A DNA stretch of 64,000 nt from an uncultured virus (IMG/VR IMGVR_UViG_3300033141_000684) (IMGVR_UViG_3300033141_000684); one strand, 5' to 3'; counted from the first letter of the stretch, positions 25,962 through 36,791 are shown. Made by a program: numbers and translations. The notes: generated by a model not told the origin, from the letters alone.

Positions 25962-27466
25962 TGGCCTTCTTTGACGGCGTAAACAAGCTGGTTATTCTCG
26001 ACGCACCGACCGCGAGCGTCTTGAACGTGCTCGTGCAGCGCGACCTGTACTCGGAGGCTAAAGTCTGGGCGAAGGGTGAGATCGACTTCGCGACTGACAC
26101 CGACGTCAACGGGTCGACCGAGCGCATCACGTTCGTCGACCACGGCCTGCACGACGGGCAGCGCGTCGTCTATTCGAGCCAGGGCGGGTCTGACGCGATC
26201 GGCCTGACCGACGGCACGGCCTACTTCGTCAGATACATCGACCGCGACACGCTCGAAGTCTATGACACCGAAGCGAACGCCAACGCGGGGCCGAGCACGA
26301 CTGGCCGGCAAGACTTGACCGCTGGCACTGGCGAGACGCATCGCCTGCAGGCAGATAACACAAAATGGCCGTTCCCATTCAGGACGGTCGGCGGAGACCC
26401 ATTGGGCGGCGGCGTTACGGCTGGCGCGTATTTCTTCTTGCAGAATCAGGACGGCTGGAGAATCATCTCGACCGACCAAGACCAAACGATCAACTATTCG
26501 GGCAACCTTGTCGCAGAAGACCCGACCTTGCCGATCGTCACTGCCAGGGCTGGGCGCACGGTTCTGCACCTTGGTCTTCAGCCTGTAACGCAGGGCACTG
26601 ACGATATCCTCTCGCTTGTGTCTGAAGTTTACGGTCACGTTCAACGCGAAGTATTCGTTAACACCGAACTCGCCAGCGACGGCGACGGCAGCCAGCAGAG
26701 CCCATTTAACAACTTCACCTCGGCGGCAGACTATGCCGAGGCGAACGGCTTGCTGAGCATCGTACTGCTCGCAGACGCGAACCTAGACCGCAACATGCGC
26801 AACTTCACCTTCAGGGGCATCGGACACCCGAAGCTAGACTTCAGCGACTTCGATGGCGACAAATCTGACTTTTACAACTTGAGGCTGGCCGGCACGATCG
26901 CACTCGTCGGCGGCGACGCGGCAAACATTAGAGTAACGGCGTGCACGCTTGAGAATAACTTAAAGAACATAGGCGGCAACCTCATTACTTGCGGCTTTAA
27001 CGGCGACCTGACCTTCGGTAACAACGCATCGGTCAAGATGGTCGATTGCTTCTCTTCGATTGGTGGTTCCGGCCGGCCGACGACCTCAATCGGCACGGCG
27101 AGCAACTGGTCAATCAGAAGCTACAGAGGCGGCCTAACTATTAAGGATCAGGCCGACGCGCTCACCGAGGGCACTGTCTCGATGTCAGAAGGCAAGCTCA
27201 CGCTCGCAGCAACCTGCACGGCTGGCACGATCTCAGTGCGCGGCCAGTCTCAATTCACCGACTTATCTGCAGGCTCGACCATTGACGAGACCGGGCACGT
27301 CGACACCGAAGACTTGAGGCTCATGAAGGCGCTCATCGCAAACCGCGTCGAGCTGGTAGACATAGGCGGCGGCCAGGTTCGCATTGACGCATACGACGAC
27401 GACAGCACAACAGTCATTCGGCAGCTCGTACTGAACTCGGGCGAAACGTCGAGGACGGTATTATAA
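25961..27466 (+). CDS. Virion structural protein
   Basis: FDGVNKL, DLYS..K.W, FRTVGGDP, YFFLQN.DGW; HGLxDG module; DGSQQSPF. Confidence 0.6.
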   Translation: MAFFDGVNKLVILDAPTASVLNVLVQRDLYSEAKVWAKGEIDFATDTDVNGSTERITFVDHGLHDGQRVVYSSQGGSDAIGLTDGTAYFVRYIDRDTLEVYDTEANANAGPSTTGRQDLTAGTGETHRLQADNTKWPFPFRTVGGDPLGGGVTAGAYFFLQNQDGWRIISTDQDQTINYSGNLVAEDPTLPIVTARAGRTVLHLGLQPVTQGTDDILSLVSEVYGHVQREVFVNTELASDGDGSQQSPFNNFTSAADYAEANGLLSIVLLADANLDRNMRNFTFRGIGHPKLDFSDFDGDKSDFYNLRLAGTIALVGGDAANIRVTACTLENNLKNIGGNLITCGFNGDLTFGNNASVKMVDCFSSIGGSGRPTTSIGTASNWSIRSYRGGLTIKDQADALTEGTVSMSEGKLTLAATCTAGTISVRGQSQFTDLSAGSTIDETGHVDTEDLRLMKALIANRVELVDIGGGQVRIDAYDDDSTTVIRQLVLNSGETSRTVL

Positions 27467-27720
27467 TGGCGACGCTCAAGCCCTTATTTTTTGGTGGTGG
27501 TGATCCTAACGGCGGAGGGCCGACAACCGTGACAGTCGTAGTTAATGGCGTGGTTAAAAATGCAAGCCTTTCTGCTAGTATCGCTCGTTCAGGTATAAGC
27601 GGCACCGTCGGCAAGCGCGGCATCACTGCGCAACTGGGCAAGAGAGGCATCACCGGGCGAATTAGCGACACCCTACAGGGCACGCTCGGAAATCAGAACT
27701 TAGACGGAGACCTGAAATAA
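27466..27720 (+). CDS. Small Gly-rich protein
   Basis: TAATG coupling; GKRGIT repeats. Confidence 0.55.
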   Translation: MATLKPLFFGGGDPNGGGPTTVTVVVNGVVKNASLSASIARSGISGTVGKRGITAQLGKRGITGRISDTLQGTLGNQNLDGDLK

Positions 27721-28091
27721 TGGCAACCACAACCGACCCGATCGGCAGGGCCGAAGAGTGCGACATCGAGGTTTATGAGGACGACACCGAAGACTTCGTC
27801 GTCACATTGCTCGATGACACTGGCGCGGCTGCGGCTGTCGAAAACTGGACCGCGACGCTCGTCGTCTCTGACACAAAAGGCGGCGCAGGCACCGCTGCCG
27901 GCGTGAACACTTACACCGGGACAGCGCCGGCCGTATCTGCGAACGGCGAGATCGCGATCGACATGAACCTCTTCGACCTACCGACCGGCAGCTACTTCTA
28001 CCAGATCAGAACGGTCGACACCGTGACCGCCGACTCGCCAGGGAAGACGCGGTTCTTCGGCAAGTTCAAAGTATTAGCGAGGTCTATATAA
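27720..28091 (+). CDS. Ig-like / BppU-like small virion protein
   Basis: LPTGSYFYQI...FFGKFKV beta-sandwich pattern. Confidence 0.55.
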   Translation: MATTTDPIGRAEECDIEVYEDDTEDFVVTLLDDTGAAAAVENWTATLVVSDTKGGAGTAAGVNTYTGTAPAVSANGEIAIDMNLFDLPTGSYFYQIRTVDTVTADSPGKTRFFGKFKVLARSI

Positions 28092-28092
28092 C

Positions 28093-28635
28093 ATGGCTTT
28101 CACAGTACAAGACGACACCGGGCTCATCGTCGACGCGAACGCATACATCAACGTCGCGTTTTTCGACGCCTACTTCACCGACCTCAACAATGAGACGGCG
28201 ATCGACGCCGAGGTCGCAGACAAGCAGGCGGCCATCATTGAGGCGACCCAGTACATCGACGACCGATTCACGTACAAGGGCTGCCCGCTCAATAGCGTGG
28301 CAGATGGTCAGAATACGCAGTTTCCGCGCTCTGACTTGTACGACGGGCGCGGCGACCTCGTTGAAGGGCTACCGCTGCGCCTACAGCAAGCGACGGCCGA
28401 GTACGCTCTCAGGGCGCTCTCGGGCGCATTGCTGCCCGATCCCGAACGGGCAGACAATGGCGGCCAGGTGATTCTGCAGAGAGACCGCGTCGAAGGCGCT
28501 GTCGAGACAGAGACCCGCTACGCTGAAGGTGTCAATCAGGGCGCGCTGCGGCCATTCCCGAAAGCCGACCGATTGCTTCAGCAGTACACGAGCGGGACGC
28601 CTGGCGGTTCGCAAAGTTTTCTTGACAGAGCATAA
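28093..28635 (+). CDS. Head-tail adaptor protein
   Basis: DANAYINV...AYF, ATQYID, QFPR, LQQATAEYALRA. Confidence 0.8.
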   Translation: MAFTVQDDTGLIVDANAYINVAFFDAYFTDLNNETAIDAEVADKQAAIIEATQYIDDRFTYKGCPLNSVADGQNTQFPRSDLYDGRGDLVEGLPLRLQQATAEYALRALSGALLPDPERADNGGQVILQRDRVEGAVETETRYAEGVNQGALRPFPKADRLLQQYTSGTPGGSQSFLDRA

Positions 28636-28639
28636 ATAA

Positions 28640-29014
28640 ATGGCCGGCATTGACTACGCCAAGTTTGAGACCCTCGCCGACAATCTGCTCGGCGGTGCTG
28701 GGCGCTCGATCACGATCAAGACGCGGGGCGCGACGGTCGACCCTGCGAAACCTTGGGACGGCGCAAGCTCGACCGGCGGCTCTTCTCAGGTATTGACAGG
28801 CCTCTTTTTAGAGTACAATCGGCGCGAGATCGACGGCACAAAGATACAGGCGCACGACAAGCGCATGCTCGTCGCGGCCAAGCAGGTCACGCTTGACATC
28901 AACAACGCGAGCCGAGTCACTGACGGCTCGGTCGATTATCAGGTCGTCGGGCCGGTTCGCACCGTTCAGCCCGGCGGTACACCATTACTTTATGAATTGC
29001 AATTGAGGGCGTAA
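28640..29014 (+). CDS. Head closure protein
   Basis: IDGTKIQAHDK...VQPGG..LLYELQLR. Confidence 0.75.
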   Translation: MAGIDYAKFETLADNLLGGAGRSITIKTRGATVDPAKPWDGASSTGGSSQVLTGLFLEYNRREIDGTKIQAHDKRMLVAAKQVTLDINNASRVTDGSVDYQVVGPVRTVQPGGTPLLYELQLRA

Positions 29015-29015
29015 T

Positions 29016-29408
29016 ATGCCTACACTAGAGCAAGTCGAAGACAGTTTGAGCGCAGCATTCGCTGCGGCAGTGTCGCCGCTCCCTGTTGCATGGGGTAATG
29101 TAGAGTTTGACACTGAAGGCATCGCTGAATGGCTTCGCTTTGACGTGCAATACAACGGCGGCACGAACCCCGAGCTGAATGGCAAATCTTTTCGAAGGTT
29201 TGGTATACTCTCGGTGCAAATCTTCGTGGCTGCAACGACTGGGAAGAGAAGGGCCAGACAGATCGCTGAGACGGTACTCGCCACGTTTGAAGGGCAGACC
29301 ATTGGCGGCGTCAGGCTGAGAAACGTCGGACCAACAGACGTCGGCGTCTCTGATGCTTGGTATCAGATGAACGTCACGGCTCAGTTCGAATTTGACCAGT
29401 TACGCTAA
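29016..29408 (+). CDS. Tail terminator protein
   Basis: VAWGNVEF, GILSVQIFV..GK, WYQMNV. Confidence 0.75.
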   Translation: MPTLEQVEDSLSAAFAAAVSPLPVAWGNVEFDTEGIAEWLRFDVQYNGGTNPELNGKSFRRFGILSVQIFVAATTGKRRARQIAETVLATFEGQTIGGVRLRNVGPTDVGVSDAWYQMNVTAQFEFDQLR

Positions 29409-29425
29409 CGTGAGGCACCACAAAA

Positions 29426-30901
29426 ATGGCTGACACCAACGCAACCCGGCTCGGGTTTATCCGCGAGGTTACGGCGGGAGTCATCCCGGCGTCTCCTGCT
29501 TTCACACGACTGCGCTATACCGGCGCGCCAGACCTCGGACAGACGCCGAACACTGTCGAATCTGAAGAGATTCTCGACAGCGGCGAATTGACCGACACCG
29601 CACTCGTCTCGATTGACATCGGCGGCAGCATCAACCTTGAACTCTCGCATGAGAGTTATGACAACCTGCTCGAAGGCGCGATGCGCGGAACCTATCAAGC
29701 AAAGCGCGGCGAGAAAGATCAGCCGACGCACGGCTTAAATATCACAGCACCGAACACGATCGCATGCAGCACGACGGCGGGCATCGCTGTCGGCGACATC
29801 ATCTACCTAGACGGATACGCGAACTCAGCGAACGCCGGCGTCTTTGAAGTGTCTGTAGTAACACTTGACACCGACTACGAAGTCACGCTCGTCGGCGGCG
29901 GCGCTGCCGGTCTGGTGACTGAGACCGCACCGGCAGGCGCGACCGTTCATCAAGTAGGATTCACTGCAGCCGCGACCGAAATCTCTGGCTCTGCACCAAC
30001 GAGCGGCCAGGCGACGCTGACCTTCTCAGGTGCAGCGCCCGACCTGACGACTCTGAGTCTCGAAGCTGGCGACTATATTCAGATCACTGGCTGGGATGTC
30101 AACGCAGCGAACGACGGCTTCTACCGCATCGTCAGCGTCGACAGCTCGACCGTTCTGACGGTTGACCAGTTACCGACCGGCTACGCCATAGACAACGGCA
30201 CCGGCGGCGACTTCGTCGTCTACCTGGGCGAGCGTCTCGCGAATTCGAGCGACCGATTCACGTACACCATTCAAGAGGTGTTCACCGACATCGGCACCGA
30301 TCCGAACTTCACGCGCCAGGTTCTCTCAGGCATGGGTGTCAATCAGTTCACGCTGAACGTCGAGGCCGAGTCGCTGATCACTGGCTCGATGAGTTTCGTC
30401 GGCGAGACCGCCAAGTACGACACCGTGCCCGAGTCTGGCGAGACCTTCGTCGACCCCTTCACTACGACCCCGCTCAACTCTTCGAGCGACGTGGCGCGCA
30501 TCTTCGAAGCTGGCGCGACAGTTGAGTCCGTTGGCTGCGTTCAGAGCATGAGCGTCGAGATCAACAACAACCTCGAAAAACGGCCTTGTGTTGGCAAGGT
30601 GGGCGGCGACGGCTTCAGACGCGGCACGTACAGCGTGAGCGGCAGCCTGACGACCTATTTCGACGACAAGTCTCAGGTCGAGAAGGTGATCTCTCAAGAA
30701 GAGACCAGCCTCTCGCTGGGCTTCAAAGATACCGCGTCTCGCGGAATCTTGATCGACATGCCTCGCGTCAAGCTGACCGAAGGCGGGCCTTCTGTGCCTG
30801 GTCGGAACGACGACGTCATTGCTCAGCTCGCCTATACAGCGCTGCGCAGCCAGACATTCGGTTACACGACCAAGCTCATGCGGTTCTGGGCTCTAGTCTA
30901 A
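29426..30901 (+). CDS. Major tail tube protein with inserted accessory domains
   Basis: ESEEI, GGSINLELS, EINNNL, VSGSLTTYF, IDMPRVK. Confidence 0.85.
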   Translation: MADTNATRLGFIREVTAGVIPASPAFTRLRYTGAPDLGQTPNTVESEEILDSGELTDTALVSIDIGGSINLELSHESYDNLLEGAMRGTYQAKRGEKDQPTHGLNITAPNTIACSTTAGIAVGDIIYLDGYANSANAGVFEVSVVTLDTDYEVTLVGGGAAGLVTETAPAGATVHQVGFTAAATEISGSAPTSGQATLTFSGAAPDLTTLSLEAGDYIQITGWDVNAANDGFYRIVSVDSSTVLTVDQLPTGYAIDNGTGGDFVVYLGERLANSSDRFTYTIQEVFTDIGTDPNFTRQVLSGMGVNQFTLNVEAESLITGSMSFVGETAKYDTVPESGETFVDPFTTTPLNSSSDVARIFEAGATVESVGCVQSMSVEINNNLEKRPCVGKVGGDGFRRGTYSVSGSLTTYFDDKSQVEKVISQEETSLSLGFKDTASRGILIDMPRVKLTEGGPSVPGRNDDVIAQLAYTALRSQTFGYTTKLMRFWALV

Positions 30902-30902
30902 A

Positions 30903-31307
30903 ATGGCTAGCCTGGAAGAGTTCGCTCGGCGTATTCGCCGGCGAGGCGATCAAGTCGAGGACGGCACGGAGAAATTGCTACGCAAGACCTTCGTCGCCGT
31001 CGGCGCGGCTGTTGTGCCTGCGACCCCGGTCGATACTGGCCGGGCTCGCGGCGCATGGCTGCCAGGCGTGAACGCAAACCCCGGCGGCGAAGGTTCGCCC
31101 GACCCGTCAGGTCAGACAGCAATCGCAAGCATCACGTCAACCGGAGGTCAGTTAAGGCTGAATCAGGTCGGCGTGATCGCGAACAACGTGCCCTATATTG
31201 GGCGGTTGAATGAGGGTAGCTCTAAACAAGCGCCTGCTAACTTTGTTCAGAAAGCAGCTCAAACGGGGCAAAGAACCGCGCAGAGCACACGCATTCTGAA
31301 ACGATAA
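30903..31307 (+). CDS. Tail completion protein (HK97 gp10-like)
   Basis: TPVDTGRAR, NNVPYIGRLNEGSSKQAP. Confidence 0.85.
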   Translation: MASLEEFARRIRRRGDQVEDGTEKLLRKTFVAVGAAVVPATPVDTGRARGAWLPGVNANPGGEGSPDPSGQTAIASITSTGGQLRLNQVGVIANNVPYIGRLNEGSSKQAPANFVQKAAQTGQRTAQSTRILKR

Positions 31308-31342
31308 ACAAATCAACGAACGGTAACGGGAGATGTTACAAA

Positions 31343-31747
31343 ATGGGTTTATATCAAGAATATGAAACCGACGTACAGGCTGAGAACGAAGGCGTATATC
31401 ACACTTTCAAGGGCGGCTTCAAGCTGAGGCTCGCGAGAGCTGGCGGCGGCAATATCGCCTACATGAAGGCGCTCGCAGATCGAGCTGACCAGCTTCAGAA
31501 TATGACACGGCAAGAGCTGGCGCAGTCTGGCTTCATGGCTGAGATTTACGCCGAGGCTGTCGTCACCGCGATCGAAGACCCCGACGGCAACTTCGTCGAC
31601 CGAGAGGGCGAAGCGATCGAGGTCGGAAGTGAGGCGCTCGTGAAGGCGTTCAGAGACCTGCCTGAGTTCTGGCTTGAGTGTCAGACCTATGCGACCGACA
31701 AGGAATACTACCGGCCGCTAGACGAAGAGACGACGGCAAAAAAGTAA
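31343..31747 (+). CDS. Tail assembly chaperone (G)
   Basis: LARAGGGN, LPEFW; upstream of tape measure; ends in GCA AAA AAG TAA. Confidence 0.8.
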   Translation: MGLYQEYETDVQAENEGVYHTFKGGFKLRLARAGGGNIAYMKALADRADQLQNMTRQELAQSGFMAEIYAEAVVTAIEDPDGNFVDREGEAIEVGSEALVKAFRDLPEFWLECQTYATDKEYYRPLDEETTAKK

Positions 31748-32085
31748 GCGCCTGGCTTGAGTGGTCTCTCGATGCTGAGAAGTGGCGAAAGATCATCGAA
31801 CAATTCGAGAAGATGGGCAGGCCGCCCCCTGAGTCGGCGTCCGAGCCTGATCTCGCGCCGGGCGACATGATCTACCTGCGGGCTTTTCTCGACCTGCAGC
31901 ATGACCGGGCAGGTGACTCGATCACATGGTCGGCAATTGATCGCTACGCTCGGCGGTACGGATTCGAGAGCGGGCAGTTCGAGAAGCTGCGAGAGACGAT
32001 CTTCGAGGTCAACTCTCACCTGAACAAAGTGCTCAGAAAGAGGGCCGAAGAGGATAGAGAGCGGCAGAACAGGCTGAACCGATAA
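31738..32085 (+). CDS. -1 frameshift extension (GT) of the tail assembly chaperone
   Basis: Slippery A AAA AAG at 31738-31744; -1 frame open to 32085 with ITWSAIDRYARRYG. Confidence 0.8.
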   Translation, partial: KKVSAWLEWSLDAEKWRKIIEQFEKMGRPPPESASEPDLAPGDMIYLRAFLDLQHDRAGDSITWSAIDRYARRYGFESGQFEKLRETIFEVNSHLNKVLRKRAEEDRERQNRLNR

Positions 32086-32094
32086 AGGGCAGGA

Positions 32095-34488
32095 ATGGCT
32101 ACCGAAAATATTGAGATCAGAGTACGCGCAGACGGGGCAAGAGAAGCCGGTCGCCGTATCGCCAACATCGGGCAGCAAGCAACTCGTGCAGCTCGTGGCG
32201 TCTCTGGCCTTGGCACTGCCATCGGGGCCGCCATCGGGGCGGCAGCGGTACGCTCAGCGGCTAGGACGGCCGACTCTTATACTCTGATTCAGAACAGGCT
32301 GCGACTGATCTCAAACGACAGTCAGAACCTTGCCGGGCTTACCGAGGCGGTCTTTGCTCAGGCGCAACGCACGCGCTCAGAGTACGAAGCGCAAGCGAGC
32401 CTGGTCTCACGTATTGCCCGAGCCTCTCGCGACCTGGGAGCGTCTCAGGGGGCCGTGTTGCAGGTATCTGAGGCGGTCGCTCAGTCGTTCGCCATCTCTG
32501 GCGCAAGTGTTCAGGAAACCAACGCCGCGAGTATTCAGCTCGGTCAGGCTCTCGCGTCTGGCACCCTACGCGGCGACGAACTTCGCTCTATCCTTGAGAA
32601 CAACGCCAGGCTCTCGCAGACCATTGCAGACGGGCTCGGCGTGGGCGTGGGCGAACTTCGTGAGCTTGGCGCTGCCGGCAAAATCACTTCGAAGGCGGTC
32701 TTCGCGGCCATTCAAGAAGACGCTGAGCGGTTGAAGAGAGAGTTCGAGACCCTCGGTCCGACGTTCGAGCAGGGCTTGACACAGGCGCAGAACGCGTTGA
32801 CGCAGATCGCAGGCGACCTTGAACTCGGCCAGACGCTCGGGCAGCTCGGCGTCGACTTCGCTCAGGCAATCGAAGACGCACGCATCGACATCATTGAATT
32901 CGTCGGCACCGCGAGAGGCTTCACCGCCTTCTTGTTTGGCGACATTGAGCAATTCGTCATTCAGATCAAGCTCGGGCTCAACACGATCGAGGGCGTGTTC
33001 GCCTCAATCGAAGCCGGCATTTCTGGGGCTCGCACCGAAGGCGGCCTGCTCGACGATGTTCTGAGAAGCGCAAGCGCTGCCAGCCAACAAGCGAACCAAC
33101 AGATCGCAGAATTGCCGCAAGGTCTACGCGAGGCTGCCAGACTGGTCGCTTCGCCGTATCTTGTTGCAGTCGACGCGATCAGCGCGCTCGACGAAGGCAC
33201 GCAGAGCGTCGAGTCTTCGACAGACAACGTCAAGACGCTCGCCGAAGAGCGCCTGCAGCTTGAGCAAGACCTGATTGACGCAGGGATCAGGCAAGAAGAG
33301 CTGGCGAAAAAGCAGACGCAAGAGCTGCTCGATCAAGTCGCAGCTATCAGAGCAGCGAAAGCCGAGGCGGCGAAGATCGAGGAAGACGACTCGAAGATCG
33401 ACCTGAGCGTCGAGTTCGAAGACGACGAGATCGACTTCGCTCAAGACCTGATCGACGACCTCAATGAAGGCACAACCAAAGCAAAAGAGCTTGAGATCAT
33501 ACTAAGGCAAGCTCTCGGCCTTCAAGAGCGCGGCCTCTTCACGACATTCGCAGAGAACGAAGAAAAGGCCAGCGATCTGCAGCGTGCTATCGAAGAGATA
33601 CAGGCCGAGCTGTTCAGCATTCAAGGCGGCGACGAGGCGCTCGACATCTTCGAGGGCACGCGCACCGAGATCGAGAACTTGCAGGCCGAGATCATACGCA
33701 CCAAAGAACTCGCGGCTGGCGGATTCTTTGCGGGCACTGGCGACGATCAAGGCATCGAGACGATTCGCCGACTGCAAGAAGAACTGCGAGGCTTGCAAGG
33801 TGGCGACGAAGCCGAGAGCTTCGTCGAGCGCACCCGCACCGAGGTCGAGCAGCTTGAGACCGACATCGCTCGCGTCAAAGAGCTGGCCGCTGGCGGCTTC
33901 TTTGGCGAAGGCGAAGACCTTATTGTTCTTGAGCGACTCAACGAAGACCTAGAAGAGGCGAGGAACAACGCCGACGAGACCTTTAAGGCGATGGAAGAAT
34001 TCGGCAAGCAGGCCGCTCGTAACATGCAAGACGCGCTGGCTGATTTTTTCTTCGACCCATTTCAAGACGGGCTCGACGGCGCGCTTCGTAGCTTTATCGA
34101 CACTATCCGCAGGATGGTCTCCGAGCTGCTCGCTCAGAAGGCGCTGCAGGCTTTGTTCAGCAGCTTCGACGGCACCGGCGGCGTGTTTGGCTCGATCGCT
34201 GGCGCGCTTGCCGGTAACGCGATGGGCGGCACAGTGCGGGCTGGCGACACTCGCCTCGTAGGCGAACGCGGCCCTGAGCTGGTAAACTTCAATCGGCCCG
34301 GCCAGGTTTCTACTGCAACCGAGACGGCTGGCGGCATGCAGCAAGCGGCCGCGCCGATCGTCATCGTTGAGCAAGACCCGCAAGCGATCGTCTCGGCAAT
34401 GGGGACGGCTGCAGGGCGGTCGGAAATTTTTAAAGCAGTACAAGCAGACGCGGCTCAGTTCCGCCAGGTTCTCGGAGTACCCTCATAA
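32095..34488 (+). CDS. Tape measure protein
   Basis: QLGQALASGTLRGDELRSILE tape-measure domain; C-terminal MGG...VGERGPEL. Confidence 0.92.
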   Translation: MATENIEIRVRADGAREAGRRIANIGQQATRAARGVSGLGTAIGAAIGAAAVRSAARTADSYTLIQNRLRLISNDSQNLAGLTEAVFAQAQRTRSEYEAQASLVSRIARASRDLGASQGAVLQVSEAVAQSFAISGASVQETNAASIQLGQALASGTLRGDELRSILENNARLSQTIADGLGVGVGELRELGAAGKITSKAVFAAIQEDAERLKREFETLGPTFEQGLTQAQNALTQIAGDLELGQTLGQLGVDFAQAIEDARIDIIEFVGTARGFTAFLFGDIEQFVIQIKLGLNTIEGVFASIEAGISGARTEGGLLDDVLRSASAASQQANQQIAELPQGLREAARLVASPYLVAVDAISALDEGTQSVESSTDNVKTLAEERLQLEQDLIDAGIRQEELAKKQTQELLDQVAAIRAAKAEAAKIEEDDSKIDLSVEFEDDEIDFAQDLIDDLNEGTTKAKELEIILRQALGLQERGLFTTFAENEEKASDLQRAIEEIQAELFSIQGGDEALDIFEGTRTEIENLQAEIIRTKELAAGGFFAGTGDDQGIETIRRLQEELRGLQGGDEAESFVERTRTEVEQLETDIARVKELAAGGFFGEGEDLIVLERLNEDLEEARNNADETFKAMEEFGKQAARNMQDALADFFFDPFQDGLDGALRSFIDTIRRMVSELLAQKALQALFSSFDGTGGVFGSIAGALAGNAMGGTVRAGDTRLVGERGPELVNFNRPGQVSTATETAGGMQQAAAPIVIVEQDPQAIVSAMGTAAGRSEIFKAVQADAAQFRQVLGVPS

Positions 34489-36791
34489 TGGCACACGCGA
34501 CTTTATGGTCAAATGACAACAACGGCTTCATCCGTCAGCTTCGCTCGTTTCTGAAAGATGCGCCGCGAGTAAATCGAGGTGCAGGCAATAATCACGACGA
34601 CATCTTGAACCTCGGCGTCGACTACACGCTCGCGGCAAGCGGCGCTCGACCGGCTGGTGACATTATGCACATCGCGCCCGAGGTCGGATGCCCCAGATCA
34701 ACATACCGAGCGACCTGCGTCGTCGGTACGGCTGCCGGCGGGGCGTATCAGGCAGAGATCAACGACACCGTCACCTTCAACACGGCGGCGCGCACCATCA
34801 CGTCAGACGCGGGCAACGACTGGTCGACGGCTGGGGTCGTGGCTGGTGACCTGATTCGAATCGAGAACGCAGCTACCGCTGGCAACAACGGCGTATTCAG
34901 AGTCTTGTCAATCACAAACGGCGGCGCGACGAACGACGTCATCACGCTCAACACTCTCGACTCGCTCGCTGCGTCTGACGCTGCCGACGCGATCGACGTC
35001 ACGCCTATAACTGGCGGCTCGATCTTTGACGTGAGAGAAGACCAGCCGGGCGGCAACAATCACATCGGCTGGCTGACCGACGACGTTGAGTTCATGGCGA
35101 AAGACGGCACGATCTGGCTGCAGCTTCGGTCGGGCGGCTCTTGGGCGGTCAACGATTATGCCGAGTTCACGCTTGAGCGCGGCTCTTTTTCTCTGCACGA
35201 CGCTCTGGCTGTCGAGCGCACGGTCGACCTGAATGAGAACGGCGCGTCGGCCGACACCATCACGCGCACCGACTACGGCGGCAACTTCATCGCCGACGGC
35301 TTTGTCAATGGCGAGCTGGTCGAGGTCTCTGGCTCTGCCGGCGAGGATGGCGTTTATACGATCACCGGGCTCACTGCGAAAACGATCACGATCAACATCG
35401 GCGACTTTACTGCCAGCGAGCTGGGCGTGACCGTAACGCTCACCCCGCGCAAGTCTGTCACCGTGAACTTCGACGACGCCGACGCAGGCTTCAGCAACAA
35501 ACCGACCATCATCAGAACAGCGGGCTCGTGGATTGACGACGGCTTCTCGCCTGGCGGCATTATCGAGATCGCTGACGCGGCAAGCGGCGCGAACAACGGC
35601 TACTTCGAGATCGAGTCGATCGACACCGAGACGGTCACCAACGACGTGCTTGTTCTTGTTGACGCTGTCGTCGATGACACGAGCGACGTCATCACCGTCA
35701 CGCCGCGCAACAGCATCTTGCAGAAGTGGGACGAGCACCGCTACATCTGGGGCGCTTCATCTGGGTCGCCAAACACGCTACAGACGCTTGACAGCGGAGA
35801 GCTGCCGCCGATTCCAAATTCCGACGGCAACTACACGTCAGAATGGATCGGGATAGGGCCGGGCAACGACCCGATAAACAACCCGCAGACGATTTACTGC
35901 GGCTGGCAGACTGAATTCTCTGGCACAACCGCGCAGAACGTCGAGATGAGAGTCTTCGACGCCGTCTCTGATTCTAGCTTCGGTTCGCTGGGTAACGCTT
36001 CTGAGCCGGTTTACATGTACCTCACGCTGAGCCCGAGCATGGAGACCTTCATGGTCGCAGATGGCGAGACGGTCACCGGCTTCTTAGACGTGAACACCTC
36101 GGTCACCGAATGGTTCTATCTCGGCTTTGGCCGGGTTCACGGCACGCAGAACCAGCACCCCAGACCTATGTTCCTTGGCGGCGCTGCGTGGAGCGGCTCA
36201 TTCAACAGAGCTAGCAGTGGTATTGAGATAGAGTTCTTCGTGAGCGGATATGCGGAAAGCGGGACGCTGTCAAGCTCCGACCCGAAGACAAGGTCGTCGT
36301 GCTGGCATCGCTGGGTCGACGGTCAATACTTTGCTGTGCACAATGTTGTCTCGTCTCAAGGCGTTCAGACAAGTGCGCCCGGCGACACGACCGTTGAGAT
36401 GTTTACCTTGCCTTATGTGGGCGTGCCCGACACCGGCAACCCCGGCCCGAATGTAAGTATATCTCATGCCGAGGGCGCTCAAGAATTCACGCCATCGACG
36501 GGCACGGCGTTAAACAACCCGAACAACATGTACGCCTTCGTCAACGCGATGAGACCGACGCCGACAACGGTCACGCCAAACCCGAACAGGCAATACCCGC
36601 TTCTGCCGATCACCGTGCTCATGAAGAACCCCGACGAGAACGTCGTCGCCGACTTTAAGTTCGTTTATTATATACCGGGCAACGGCCAGGCGACGAAGAA
36701 CAGAATCAAACAGGGCGGATACACCTACATCGTCGGGCAGAATCACGAAAAGACAGGGCAGCACGACTTCGCAGCTCTGCGCATGGATTAA
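34488..36791 (+). CDS. Tail/virion structural protein with three repeated accessory domains
   Basis: Follows TMP; PRPMFLGG; repeated GFxxG..I.I..A...NNG modules. Confidence 0.7.
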   Translation: MAHATLWSNDNNGFIRQLRSFLKDAPRVNRGAGNNHDDILNLGVDYTLAASGARPAGDIMHIAPEVGCPRSTYRATCVVGTAAGGAYQAEINDTVTFNTAARTITSDAGNDWSTAGVVAGDLIRIENAATAGNNGVFRVLSITNGGATNDVITLNTLDSLAASDAADAIDVTPITGGSIFDVREDQPGGNNHIGWLTDDVEFMAKDGTIWLQLRSGGSWAVNDYAEFTLERGSFSLHDALAVERTVDLNENGASADTITRTDYGGNFIADGFVNGELVEVSGSAGEDGVYTITGLTAKTITINIGDFTASELGVTVTLTPRKSVTVNFDDADAGFSNKPTIIRTAGSWIDDGFSPGGIIEIADAASGANNGYFEIESIDTETVTNDVLVLVDAVVDDTSDVITVTPRNSILQKWDEHRYIWGASSGSPNTLQTLDSGELPPIPNSDGNYTSEWIGIGPGNDPINNPQTIYCGWQTEFSGTTAQNVEMRVFDAVSDSSFGSLGNASEPVYMYLTLSPSMETFMVADGETVTGFLDVNTSVTEWFYLGFGRVHGTQNQHPRPMFLGGAAWSGSFNRASSGIEIEFFVSGYAESGTLSSSDPKTRSSCWHRWVDGQYFAVHNVVSSQGVQTSAPGDTTVEMFTLPYVGVPDTGNPGPNVSISHAEGAQEFTPSTGTALNNPNNMYAFVNAMRPTPTTVTPNPNRQYPLLPITVLMKNPDENVVADFKFVYYIPGNGQATKNRIKQGGYTYIVGQNHEKTGQHDFAALRMD

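Noticed and set aside
33620..33910. Internal duplication TRTE...KELAAGGFF in the tape measure gene
   Set aside because: Internal repeats are ordinary in tape measure proteins.
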